Shown here piece by piece: positions 26,802 through 39,439 of a stretch of 64,000 nucleotides of DNA (its first letter is position 1; each line of letters begins with the position of its first letter). Origin of the DNA: Octopus sinensis. Lineage: Eukaryota. The notes below the pieces were generated by a model, which searched no databases, was not told where the DNA came from, and worked only from the letters and a program-made list of their open reading frames with translations. The DNA lies in assembly GCF_006345805.1 (NCBI RefSeq), contig NC_043003.1, positions 67,022,001 to 67,086,000 of the forward strand, read 5' to 3'. Both the position numbers and the translations under genes were made by a program.

Positions 26802-28132
26802 CTAGCAGAGATACCCGGCGTTGCCCGGTTACATTCAACTGAAGAATTAGACTTTTCTGTTATACCTTCTGTAATGAACTGGAATATCTATGTTTCGAAT
26901 TTTATCAAAATTGCAGATGAGGGCTATTTCCCTCTTTGCATACCCTAAAAAAATTGTAATCGTGCCACATGTATCTCATACTACTGATTTTTATGCGCGT
27001 ATGCCAAAATTCCAGTCTTATTGAACCTGTTAAAAAGATTGTGCTCCTGAAAAATGAAGGTCATGCAGCTCTAAAATGTGAGAGTTAAGATCCCTGTTGG
27101 GGGTGGGCATCTTAATGTCAACCAGAGAAGTTGAAATGTAGAAAATCTTTTTAACTTGGGTCTTATATCTATTGTTTGAATTTCTTTGAAATAGGAAATA
27201 TATGTTCACTGGGTTTGTAATAGAGAGCAAAGCTACAGGAAACTAAAGGACGAATGATCACAATAAGCAGTCAGTTACCCTACCCTAGTCGTTACCAATG
27301 TAGGATTCCTCACCATCCAGGTGATAGGCACAGCCGTAAGATGCATTACGAATCTATAGCAATTGGAAGAGCGTGACCCAACTGAAATCAACATTAACAA
27401 CTGTGTGACATGAGGGCTAAGGAGAAATTAAAGTGTCACCTCTGGAGTTTGCAAATGACCACTATTCTGATACGTAACTGGAAAGAGTAAATTTAAAATC
27501 TATAAATGTCTTTGAATAACCAGTCACTCATCTGGGAAGGCTTTGAAATCAATGTTACCATCTGGGGACTATGTGTGACCGAGTGATAATAGAAAGACTG
27601 AAAGAGGTCTGCAATCAAATAACTTTACTCAACAATTTGCAACTGAATCAGTGGAGGCAAAGATGCCTCTCATTTACTTGACAATCTATGCAGCACATTG
27701 CAGAAATCACAATCTAAGTGTATGTGAAAGCAAACTGTTACACTGTTGTACCACTGAATTAGAAATAATGCCCAACTTTTATGCTCGGGTAACCCTACAG
27801 CTTCCAAGAGCACAACTGTATTCGTTTTTGCTTAGATAAAATGACATAATAGTGGGTGTTAAGTCCCCATGGAGGGGTCTTTCTAACTTTGTAAGAAGAT
27901 GAAATTTTATAAATATTACTTCATTTGTGTATAATATCTATGGTTAAAATTTCATCAACAGCAAAATATATATGAATTGTCATGGGGGTTATGGCCCTTA
28001 TGCATAAAATATAATATCCAAATTTCATAAAGATCCATTCAGTACTTTTGACCTAGTTTTGGATCATAAAAGAAATGACTAAAATTTGGGAGTTAAGGCT
28101 CCTATTAGGGTGTTTCCGTCGTAACTGCTATA
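26802..28132 (-). mobile_element. Larger non-autonomous Helitron (5' end uncertain)
   Basis: a|ctagcagagatacccggcgttgcccgg at 26801 is a hairpin plus CTAG 3' end. Internal aaatttcat modules; the probable 5' end near ctgctata at ~28130 is interrupted by the next element. Confidence 0.5.
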
Positions 28133-28713
28133 TGTCTTTCTTTCTGCCCGCCTTCTAAGGCTACTGGTCGACACATTTTCTCTCTCTCGTCGTCCACGAT
28201 AATCCAGCGTTTGCAATACTTTTTTCGTCTGGCGTTAACAGCCCTTCTTATCTTGTTCTCCTTGTCCTGTCTCTCACTGTTATATTTTTATTTTTCCACG
28301 TTTATATATATTTTTTACTGTTTATATGTTTGTACTGTCGTTACCGTCTTGCCTTTTTTTTTTTTTTTACCCCTCTGCGAAAAGATCTCAGAATTTTTAA
28401 TTGATTTGCTTTCGCGGGAAGGAAGTTTTTATTCTTAGTATATGTCTTGCATGACCGAAGTATACTCTCGTTTATCCTTCGAAACGTTTAGTAGATGAAC
28501 CTTAGCGACTGAAGAAGGGGATTTTCGTTGTGCTTATTGTCCTGTATCTCTCTTTTTTTGTTGTCTTGTTTCCTTGGTTTGTGTCTATGTGTTTCGTCTC
28601 TCTATGTGTTCGACGTCTTTTTGGTGTCCTGTACACATATATGCGTGTATATGTACATGTAGAGGTAGGTACGTACATATATGTTTATATATATGCATAT
28701 GTTCTATTTTATT

Positions 28714-28717
<4 letters not shown>
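28133..28717. mobile_element. Solo TG...CA-bounded repeat inserted in TA
   Basis: ctata|TGTCTTT ... TTAACA|tatata; shares the GAAA...GACTGAAGA motif with repeat A below. Confidence 0.45.
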
Positions 28718-28744
<27 letters not shown>

Positions 28745-29700
28745 TGAAGATTGAAGGCTTCGAATGTCCGGTCCGTGTTTTTTGTATCGTCTTCTAAATG
28801 TTTTGCGTTCTTGCCCCAGTTTGTATTTTTCTACATATATATATATATATATAGCGACGCCCGTACAATTTTTGGTCTTGTATGTAAGTACATATTTCTT
28901 TAAATTTGGTACGACTCTATAACACTGTCTCTCTCCCCCCTCTCCTACATTTCTCTGCCTTTCATACTTTGCACTCCACTTTGATCTGTCTGTCTCTCTC
29001 TCTCTCTCTCTCTTCTCCTCCTCCTTTTCTCTTTTCTTGCCTCTGATTCTTTGGTCTCCTCTTCCCCCACTCTCTCACATTTCTCGGTCTTTCTCACTTT
29101 GCACCTCACTGATTCTGTCGCCAAGCCAATCCTTAGCACGCATCTTTCTTCTCCCCTCTTTAATTCCTTCTTTCTCTCTCTTCTCCCCCTTTGATGCCTT
29201 TGTCCCTCTTTTTCTCTCTCTCTTTGATTCTTTTGCCCCCTTTTTCCTCTCTCTTCTCCTCTCACGTGACCGCCGGTCAACTAGCCTTTCGGCTTCTGAC
29301 CACCGCCACGACAACATCGTTTTCTTCGTCTGCCGCCAAGGCATTTTTTTTCCAAATACGCCAGCTAAGCTTCGTTGAACTGTCTAAGGTCGTAAGACCC
29401 CCGCTGTTTTTGTCCTGTTATTACTATTATTGTTTCTTGTATTTATATTCGTGTGGCATCGTCCGTTTTTCTGTCCTTGTTTCGTATATATTCGATCCTT
29501 TTTCCAAGAAATCTAATGCTCGTAGCTTAGTTTTTCCTTGTGGCTGGCCGGATCGGAGCGATCTCAAGATTAATCAGCCGAAATTGCGAGGATGATCCGG
29601 TTCTTGACTGAAGATTGAAGGCTTCGAATGTCCCGTCCGTGTTTTTTGTATCGTCTTCTAAATGTTTTGCGTTCTTGTCCCAGTTTGTATTTTTCTACAT
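28745..29700. mobile_element. Partial A - B - A direct-repeat element (same family as 42781-44826)
   Basis: A' 28745-28835, B 28854-29404, A 29405-29700; highly similar to the 42.8-44.8 kb array; flanked by (TA)n. Confidence 0.85.
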
Positions 29701-29804
29701 ATAATATATATATATAACTAATGTAGGATAAAATTTTTTTCGGGAAAAATTTTTTTATCAATGGCCAGCATATCAAAAAATACCTTTAAAGGTTAAATTC
29801 ATAA

Positions 29805-30087
29805 ATAATTTACAAAGTAAGGGCAAAAGAAAAATTCTAATGCCAAATATGCCGTCTCGAAACAAACCGTTATTACCGTATTGATCCCAATTTCGGGGTT
29901 AATTCATAAAAATTTTCCCCTCTTCAGCGATAAATACGTGGGATATAAGTGAAATACTTACTCATACACATGGACATTTCTATCGGTTTGTTTCGAGACG
30001 CATAAATTATAATGGTTATTGACAATTTTTGTCTTTTTTCGGCATATTTGGCATTAGAATTTTTTTTGCCCTTATTTTGTAAATTAT
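29805..30087. repeat. Foldback inverted repeat (MITE-like)
   Basis: ataatttacaaagtaagggcaaaa.aaaaattctaatgccaaatatgccg vs cggcatatttggcattagaattttttttgcccttattttgtaaattat; also tctcgaaacaaaccg vs cggtttgtttcgaga. Confidence 0.75.
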
Positions 30088-30434
30088 ATATATATATATA
30101 TATATATAAATATATATATATACAGATAGATAGATATAGATATATATACACACACACACACATACAAAGATAAATTGATAGATACAACTGAGTGGGCAAA
30201 CAAAAATGAGAAACAGCCTAGTGCTTTTTTTATGTTGATAAACCTAGTACTTATTCTATTAGTTTGTTCTTGTGAAACCAGTAAGTTATGTGGATGTAAA
30301 TAAATGAACAGCAGTTGTGAAGCAGTGATGAGGGCGAAACACAGAGATAAATACACACACATACACTTACATATATGCATACATATATATACGATTGATT
30401 TGTTGCAGTTCCTTTCTACGAAATCCATATATAT

Positions 30435-33108
30435 TGTTGTTAGCATCCTTTTTGTCTCGGGAGACAATGGAGTTGCGCATAAAATAATCTAGTCCGGCTT
30501 TTACATTTCATGTCCTAATACATCTCCTGCTGTGGCTGTGTACTCCTATCCTGGACAAACACTACCTCTGGCAGGTGCCGCAAATGTAGCGAAGACTTTG
30601 CCTGGCTGGTTGTAATGTCATAGTTTCTTGTTGACGTCTTTTCTTGTCCTATTTCTCCTCTCTCTCTATGTCACTTCTTTTGTGTTCCCTCTTTTACGTT
30701 ACGTCGCCAATCTCCACGGTTGTTGGCAACTGCTTCGCAGTTGGTAATATTGATGTTGCAAGCATTTATGTCCCTTTTGCAAACATCCTTGTATCGTAAA
30801 AACGGTCTTCCCACATTGAGTATGTCCTTGGGATTCTGCCATCTTCCATACGGCTAACATGTCGAAGCCATCACATACGTGTTTGTGTGAGGAGTGCAAA
30901 CATGCTTGGTATTCCTGCTTGCTTGAGGACATCTTTGTTGGGGACATGATTCTGCAATTTGATGCGAAGGATTTTCCGGAGGCAGCGCAGGTGAAAGATA
31001 TTTAGGTGACGTATGGCGTCATATGGCGTGTGTATGGCGTCCAAGTCTCACTTCTATACAGTAAAGTGCTAAGTACACATGCCTGGTAAATCTTCATTTT
31101 TGTGGTCTTGGTCAGCTTATTGTTGTCCCATGTCTGTTTGGAGAGTTGGGCCATCACAGCAGCTACCTTGCCAATGCGCATATTGAGCTCAGCATCAAGG
31201 GATAGGTTGTAGGTGACGGTAGAACCAAGATAGGTAAACTTCTCCACCTCCTGTAGTCTGTGGTCTCCAATATGTATGTTTGGGATGTCCGATGTAGCCT
31301 GACCCATGATTTTGGTCTTCTTGAGGCTGATGACTAAGTCAAAGTTGCCACATGCTTGCTCTAAACAGTTGATGAGCCTTTGTAGGGCTTCATCATCAGC
31401 AAATAGCATCTCCTTGAATAGGACGCTTCTGATTTTGGTCTTGGCACGGAGACGCGAGAGATTGAACAGTTTCCCATCACTTCTACTGTGCAGAAACATT
31501 CCATCATCTGATGTCTCAAAGACATGTGACAGCAGCAGCCAGAAGATGCCAAATAATGTAGGAGCAAAGACACAACCTTGCTTTACCCCATTTTTTATTT
31601 AGAAGGCGGCTGATGTTGAACCATTGTGCTGTATGGTGCCTTGCATATCATCATGGAAACATTTGATGATCCTCAGCAGCTTTGGTGGACATCCGATGTT
31701 TTGGAGCAGGATGAAGAGGCCTTTTCTGCTTACCAACTCAAAGGCCTTTGTCCGATCAATGAAGGTCATATATAATGGCATTTTCTGCTCTCTGGACTTC
31801 TCCTAAAGTTGGCGTATGGAGAATATCATGTCAATAGTTGATCTGCTTCTTCTAAAGCCACACTGTGATTCTGGATAAATTCGAGAAGCAAGCAGTTGCA
31901 GCCTGGACAGGATAATCCGAGCAGAGGCCTTTCCAACAGTGCTTAGAAGAGATATTCCACGGTAATTGTTACAAGCACCACGGTCACCTTTGTTTTTGTA
32001 AAGCGTAATGATGTTAGCATCCCGCATATCTTGTGGGACTGTACCCTCTTCCCAGCACTGACACAGAAGCTCATGAATGTGCCGAAGCAGGATGGTGTTT
32101 TTGCCGGTTTTGATGATCTCTAAGGGGATGCCGTCTTTTCCCGGAGCCTTGTTACTTGCTAGGGAGTCAATAGACTTGGTGAGCTCTGCTATAGATGGCA
32201 GACTGTCAAGTTCACACATGACTGGCAAGATCTTGACACCCTCGATTACAGCCTCAGCTACCGTGGTCTCTCGTGAGTAGAGATCCTGGTAGTACTCCAC
32301 CCATCTATCCATTTGCTTGCTTTGGCCTTTGATGAGATCCCCAGTAGTTGATTTCAGAGGGGCTGACTTGTTTGCGGATGGACTGAGGGCCTTATTCAAA
32401 CCGGCATACATCCCACGGGTGTCGCCACTGTCAGCAGCTGACTGGATACTCTGACAGATTTCCTGCCAATACCTATTTGCACAGCGTCTGGCAGTTAGTT
32501 GGCTTTTATTTCTTGCCTTTCTGAATTCTTCGAGTGACTTTGTAGAAGAATCACTCTTGTTTTGCATCAGAGCTGCACGCTTTGCTTCGATAACTGTTTC
32601 CAGCTCTGAAAGCTCAGCACTGAAGAAAATCTGGGTTTTGCCTTTCTTTCATGCCGAAAGTATCTATTGATGTGGTATCAGCTTCCCTGATATAATTCCA
32701 CCTACTTTCAGCAGAGGAGGTTGGGCAGCTACTGAGGGAAACCTTGATAGAAACAGCAAAACATTGTCGCAGTGTAGGGTCCGAGGTTCTGGCAGTGTTA
32801 ATGCGTGGTCGGCTCATTTTCTTGGAGTGATGGACTTTCTTAGGCAGAATCCTCACCCTGCTTCTTATTAGTGAATGATCTGTGTCCCAATCCACGCTGT
32901 GGTAACTACGGGTCAGTTGAACAGAATTCAGAAAGGATCTTTGTGTAATGATGAGATCCAGCTGATGCCAGAGGTGAGATCCTGGATGTCTCCAAGATGC
33001 CTCATGGGATGTCCTGTTGGCAAAGAATGTGTTGGTGATGCACAGGTTATGGTATGTGCAAAGTTCAAGTAGTATCTGACCATTGTCATTCATGTTGCCA
33101 ATACCAAA
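30435..33108 (-). mobile_element. 5'-truncated RTE-clade LINE (APE end, RT, 3' UTR), decayed
   Basis: NGQILLELC..NLCITNTFF, WHQLDLII, DTDHSL, KAPGKDGIP, NYRGISLLSTVGK, ESQCGFR..RSTIDMIFSIRQL, FIDRTKAFELV, GVKQGCV, LFADD, FTYLGS; short (AAC)n tail. Confidence 0.92.
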
Positions 33109-33176
33109 ACACATACACTTACATATATACATACAAATATAAACGATTGATTTGTTTTAGTTCCTGTCCACGAAAT

Positions 33177-33219
<43 letters not shown>

Positions 33220-33244
33220 TAATGTATGTATGCTCACACACAAA

Positions 33245-33615
33245 CACACACAAAGATAAATTGATAGATACAAGTGCCTAGTGAATTTTTTTATTATTTT
33301 GATAAGCCTGGTACTTATTCTATCAGTTTCTTCTTGTGAAACCAGTGAGTTATGGGGATGTAAATAAACGAACACCAGTTGGGAAGCAGTGATGAGGGAG
33401 AAACACAAAGACACACACATAGACTTACATATATTCATACATATACATGCAATTGATTTCTTTCAGTTTCTGTCTACAAAATCCACTGACAAAGCTTTGG
33501 ATGGTCTGAGGCTATAGCAGAAGACACATGCCAAGTTACTACACAATGGGACTGAACTGAGGACCATGTGTTTTGGAACCAAGTTTGTTACCATACAGCC
33601 ACACCTGCACCTGTG
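33245..33615 (-). mobile_element. SINE family B remnant (partly duplicated at 30160-30434)
   Basis: aagcctggtacttattctatc...aaatccact.acaaagctttgg...gggactgaac; a near-copy lies left of the RTE. Confidence 0.7.
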
Positions 33616-33659
33616 TGTGTGTGTTGATGGGTGAGTGGCTTGGTGTGTGTGTGTGGGGG

Positions 33660-34185
33660 GTATGGGTGTATATATGTATGCATGTATATATGTGTATATA
33701 TATGTGTACATATATGTACATCTATATATACATCTAAATATACATGTATATCTATAGAAATACATCTATACATATACATGTATACATCTACATATACATG
33801 TATATATCTACATATATACATGTATATATATATATATCCATATATATATATATATATACATTTATATATATATATATATCCATATATATACATGTATGTA
33901 TATATATATATCCATATATATATACATGTATGTATATATATCCATATATATATACATGTATGTATATATATCCACAAATATATACATATATGTATATATA
34001 TATCCATATATATATACATGTATATATATATGTATATATGTATATATATATATATATATTATATATATATATATGTATATATATATATCCATATATATAC
34101 CTGTATATACATCCATATATATACATGTGTATATATATATATCCATACATATATATATTTCCATATATATACATCCATATACATA
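33660..34185. repeat. Complex (TA)n/(TATC/CATG) low-complexity array
   Basis: Direct reading; source of the long Ile/Tyr ORFs. Confidence 0.9.
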
Positions 34186-34189
34186 CAAT

Positions 34190-34630
34190 AGGTGGAGGCG
34201 CAATGGCCCAGTGGTTGCATTATATATGCGGCTGTGTGGTAAGTGGCTTTGTTACGGGTTCAGTCCCACTGCATGTCACGTTGGGCAAGTGTCTTCTTCT
34301 ATAGCCTTTGGCCGACCAAAGCCTTGTGAGTCGATTTGGCAGTCAGAAACTGAAAGAAGCTCGTCATATATATATATATAATTATATAATTATATAATTA
34401 TATATATATGTATGTGTGTCTATATGTTTGTATGTCTGTGTTTGTCTCCACCCCCTAACATCGTTTGGCAACCGATGCTGCTGTGTCTACATCCCCGCGT
34501 AGCCTAGCGTTTCGGCAAAAGAAGGCCGATGGAATAATTACTAGGCTTACAAAAATAAGTCTTGGGGGTCGATTTGCTCGACTAAAGGCGGTGCTGCATC
34601 ATGACCGCAGTCAAATGACTGAATGAAGAA
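34190..34630 (+). mobile_element. SINE family B, near full length with internal (TA)n/(TG)n
   Basis: ggctgtgtggtaag...gggttcagtcccactgc...ttgggcaagtgtcttct...ggcggtgct.catcatgaccgcagtcaaatgactgaa. Confidence 0.85.
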
Positions 34631-34737
34631 AAAAAGGGAAAGAAAAGAAAAAAGAATATAGAATATGTATACACACATTTATATATTTATATGTATGTAT
34701 ATATCTCTCCTCTCTCTCTCTCTCTCCCTATATATAA

Positions 34738-34810
<73 letters not shown>

Positions 34811-35294
34811 ACTACTGCCGCCGCTGCTGCTGTCTTATTCAATAATAATACTTATTAGTTTTGTCACTATTTATAATAACTGTTACTCGTGTGCTGTCTT
34901 GTTTGTTCAGAACCTTCTGATGTTTATCAAACACGATGTTGTTGTACGATTATGAATTCCGTGCATTTTACTCGTTTGCTCGCTGCAATAACATTTTCAG
35001 TTACGAGAAAATAAGAAAGGAAATATTAGAAACTGCAGCTTATAAATATTCATTCGTTTAAAATAATATTACTGCGCAGTATTTCCATGTTATTTCTCAC
35101 AGGAATGCACGTGTAAAATTGTGTTTATCCATGTATATATATATATATAATCGTAAATGCACAAAAAGGCAAACACACGTAGGATCACACATACAGACGC
35201 ACTCACACGACAAAAGTGTGTTTGCGCGATTGAGTGCCACTGTATGTATTTTATGCATATCTGTGTGTGTATGTATATATGCGTGTGTGTAAGA

Positions 35295-35327
<33 letters not shown>

Positions 35328-35426
35328 GGAGAGGGAGAGAGAGAAAGAGAAAAGAATCCTCCGTCGGTTTCGAAGTTGTATGCTTCAGTGTTCTGATCAG
35401 CGAGTCTACTAACTTATATTAATATC

Positions 35427-35640
35427 GGTTTCAAATTTTGGCCCAAAGCCTGCATGTTTCGGGGAGTAAGTAAGTCGATTACATCAACCCCAGTGCCTAA
35501 CTGGTACTTACTTTATCGACCCTAAAGGGATAAATGGCAAAGTCAACTTTATCGGAATTTGAACTCAGAACATAAAAGACGGGCAGATTGCCGCTAAGCA
35601 TTTGTGCGACGTGCTAACGATTCGACCAGCTCGTCTCCTT
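35427..35640 (-). mobile_element. SINE family A
   Basis: ggtttcaaattttgg.ccaa.gcc...ggaatttgaactcagaac...cagctcg. Confidence 0.85.
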
Positions 35641-36900
35641 GAAGATGTAGTAATACTATCTCTGGTCTCACATTTTGACACAAGGCCAGTAATATATACC
35701 TGATAATGCTAATGATGATGATGATGATAATGTAAGCGTATATATGTGTGTGCGATTGTATACGTATATATATACAATACACATACATATATATTCTAAA
35801 AACTATCATTATCGGCAGATGTTACAAAGTGACTCAATGGCACTGGTCATACCTGAATATGTAAATATGTATGAATGCATTTTCGTATGCATACATATTC
35901 GGTAAATTTACATCTTCATCCTGTCGGACAAAATGTGGCGCGTCACATGATCCAACTGCCTGCGTTCTGAGTTCAACTTCCGCCGAGGCCAACATTACCT
36001 TGCATCACCTCAGAATCGGTAAAGTAGCATTCTATAGCAACTGACTGAGGTAACTGTAAGGACGTCGGACTTGATACCTTGTGACATTTATTTTGAGTTT
36101 AAATCCCACCATGATCTGCATGCATGGGTGGAGGAATTCACTCTGTCACAAGAAGTCAGGACTGGTTTCCAGTTTGTGTATAACTCCCTCCATCCTTCCA
36201 CAAAACACAGAAACTCTGTAACGAGCATTGAGAACTGCTTTCTACGTGGAAACTATTTCTATACTTGTTTTAGTATTATAGTACGCCTCTAGTTTGTTTT
36301 TTTTTCTCCAGTACTTAGCTATTTTCGTAATTTTTTATAGATGCTTTGTTTCCTTATAATATTTCAACAATTTTCCGTGTTTTGTGTGGTCATGCGCATA
36401 GTAATTTCTCCGTGTTGTAAGTGTAACGTTAATTACAAATATCCACGTGCAGCGCTCTCACGCACACATAAATATAAGATATCGCCGGTCGTAGCTTCAT
36501 TAGAAGGTGAAATCCTTATACGGTTGCCATTCATTTTTGGCTCATCTTTTCGATGATGCTTCAAGTTTGTTAATTAGCTATGCTTTAAAATTGTAATACT
36601 GTGACTTATAAGTAATATGGTCGAACCTAATTCTAAAGCACTTATGTAAGACGAACAATAAATTAAATAAATATTCGATAGGTAATAAATTAGCTTTTAA
36701 AATTCAAAATAAAATATTGCACATATATTTTGATTCAAGAGAAGGAAATATTGAAGCATTAAAAAATAAATTCCGAAGAGGCGCGTTGATAATCATTATC
36801 GCTTGGTCACAAATCACATGACCAGACAGACAATTGTCAGTCGTTTGCTCGAATCTGTGCTTGCGATGGATAAGAAAGCCCCCAAATAGAAGAAATCATA

Positions 36901-37210
36901 CAGTTCTATATTTAAGAGATTAGGAATTATGTACCTTATTTACATTATTTACATTTGACGGGCATATGGCGTAGTGGTTAAGAGCGCAGGTTACTAACCC
37001 CAAGATTCCGAGTTCGATTCCAGGTAGTGACCTGTATAATGATAATAATAATAACAGCAACAACAACATTGAAAAATACCTTAGGAATGAGATCACAGGT
37101 TCGAAATTTCCACAAGACACCTGATGAAGGCTGGAGGGTATATCAGCCGAAACGTTGTGATAACAACAAACAAGATGAAAACAAATATCCGTCAAATGTA
37201 AATAATGTAG
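36901..37210 (+). mobile_element. SINE family C: tRNA-like head, (TAA)n, hammerhead-bearing tail, with inverted 3'-end copy upstream
   Basis: A box TGGCGTAGTGG (~36967), B box GAGTTCGATTCC (~37010), tail with CTGATGA at 37121. 36901-36960 is the reverse complement of the family 3' end seen at 50465-50516. Confidence 0.85.
37116..37161 (+). ncRNA. Minimal type-I hammerhead ribozyme motif in SINE family C
   Basis: GACAC CTGATGA A GGCTG-gagggtatat-CAGCC GAAA CG TT GTGAT; palindromic ACGT stem III; the 50.4 kb copy has GTGTT as the stem I partner. Confidence 0.65.
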
Positions 37211-37323
37211 AAGAAACCGTCACTGACCAATGAGAGGGGAGAGACAAACAGCCCCATTTCGATAACGTTATGTATAACCTAAAAATACATCAGCTTGTCT
37301 TATTGAACTGAACAAATATATTC

Positions 37324-37945
37324 GTTTCAAAGTTTGGCACAAGGCCAGCTATTTCGGGGAAGTGGGTTGAGTCTTGAGACGAGTACATCAACTGGTACTT
37401 ATTTTATCGACTGCGAAAAGATGACAGACATAATCAAGCTCCGTGGAATTTGAAATCAGAACGTGAAGCCGGAAGAAATGCCGCTAAGCATTTTGTCCGG
37501 TGTGCTAACGATTCTGGCAGCCCGCTGCCTTGTAAAGATACATACACACACACAAAACAGGCTTCAGCACGTCTACCAAATTCACTCGCAAAGTATTGGT
37601 AGGCTTGGGACTATAGTAGAAGACATTTACCCTTGGTACCGCGTAGTCGGAATGAACCCGAAACTACTTGGTCAGAAAGCGAGCTTTTTAACCACACAGT
37701 CATGCATATATGTGTGTGTGTACGCACACCATATGTTGACATTAGATTTTAGCACGAGGCCAGCAGTTTGGAGTGGGGTTTAGTCGATTACATCGACCCC
37801 AGTGCTAGACTGGTTCTTATACTATCGATCCCGAAAGGATGAGAAGCAAATTCAAACCCGGTGGAATTTGAACTCAGAACGTAGCGACGGACGAAATGCT
37901 GCTAATCATCGTGCCCGGTATGCTAATGATTCTGCCATCTTGTTA
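37324..37945 (-). mobile_element. Two SINE family A copies (37324-37531, 37751-37942) flanking a family B head (37555-37705)
   Basis: Diagnostic motifs as above. Confidence 0.8.
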
Positions 37946-38601
37946 CACTTTCGTACACCAAATATTAGTTATGATTTCTTACTGATGTCAACTTTCTGAT
38001 TTTCAAATTAATTGTAAGAATGAAATAATTCCAGACTTACTCTTAATAAAAGAGTGTAAATTCAGCCTGTCATTAAAATGTTTAATTATTTTGCATTCAT
38101 AATATTGTCTGACCGTACGACACGGAAGATTATTAGCAACTTCTACAAATAAATCACATGTAATAACTCTCTTTCCAAAACTTATAACTTGGGCTGTTAC
38201 CCCAGTTTAGTGGCCTGAACTTATCCATATACGGCATAGCTGCTATTCTAAAATGAAAATTGCCCGTCTTATTGTATACATCAATCACCACAGATTTGTT
38301 AAAAATCTTAACCGTAATATCCAGATAAATAATCTTACATCCTTACTTTGACTAGCTTCAAATCACCTTAGATAAATGTTACAGAAGTTTTAAGACAAAT
38401 AACAATATACTTTGTATAAAACAACAACTACTTAAGTTGCCTCACAAAACCAAACTTCTTAGTTTTCCATTAGTCACTAAAATAAACTTACACGGCGCCA
38501 GGTGCATATGAGCTAAAAAATGTTCTACAATTAGCCATTCAATCTTGTTGCGTATACACGTACACTTACACACCAGTTGCATATAATTCTTTTATTAGAA
38601 A

Positions 38602-38985
38602 CTAGCAGTATCGCCCGGCGTTGCTCAGGTTTGTAAGGGAAATAACTATAAAGCATTTTTAGAGAGTTATAGCCAAAAAATAGCAAAAAAATGGGAAAAA
38701 AATGATGGTAAATTTTTTTTGAGAGTTAAAAAAGGTGGAGTTGCGTCCCCTAGACGGTCTGTGGTTTGGGTTTTTGATTCTCGACCCTATGTCGAATTTA
38801 TCGATTTTTTTCAGAACTGGGGGAACTTTTCAAAATTTTCGCTGCGTTAGTTTTGAATTATGACATTGGGCTATGTGTGTGTCAAGTTTCATCAGAATCG
38901 GTTGAAAGCCGTGGTCAGAGTGAGGGTACGAGAAAACAGACACACAGAAAACGCACAGACAAACTGCCGTTTATATAGAGAGAGA
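38602..38985 (-). mobile_element. Non-autonomous Helitron
   Basis: Minus strand A|TCTCTCTATATAAACGGCAG ... gagcaacgccgggcg hairpin, atactgCTAG|T. Confidence 0.8.
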
Positions 38986-39439
38986 TAAATACAATTTCTT
39001 TGAGAAAAGTCTATTATTTTTTAATCTTGCAGCCACACATCAGCCTTACCTTGCAAATTTCATAAAACAAGTTTGCATTGAAATAGCTTTACATAAAATG
39101 TATTCATTTTTTTTTTGTCATTGCATGTAGCTCTCTTGATAATATCTACATTATTTCATGCTCTATACGCACACACAAAAGCGACAGTTTCTTTTTATAT
39201 AGCGTTTCTTTGGTGGGTTAAATTGTCTGTGATATTTTGTTGCTCAACCTTTTTACATGATAACTCCTTCGGAATGAGTATTCTGACTGGTGAAACGTGT
39301 AAGTAAAAAAGTTAATTAAAAAAATCAATCATAATTTATCATGTTAGAAACTCTTTCTGGTGTTTGAGTTAATTAAAGCGAAGTCCACTTTATTGCAGTA
39401 ATACATATATTCTGATTTACTAGATATCTTTTCTAATCA

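Noticed and set aside
28480-28530. Type-II hammerhead fold of GAAA...CTGAAGA
   Set aside because: Stem I cannot be formed and the best stem II pairing consumes core bases; kept only as a conserved motif.
36960-37033. Functional tRNA gene
   Set aside because: A/B boxes present, but no proper acceptor stem or T-rich terminator; it is the head of a repeated SINE. Same for 11906-11969.
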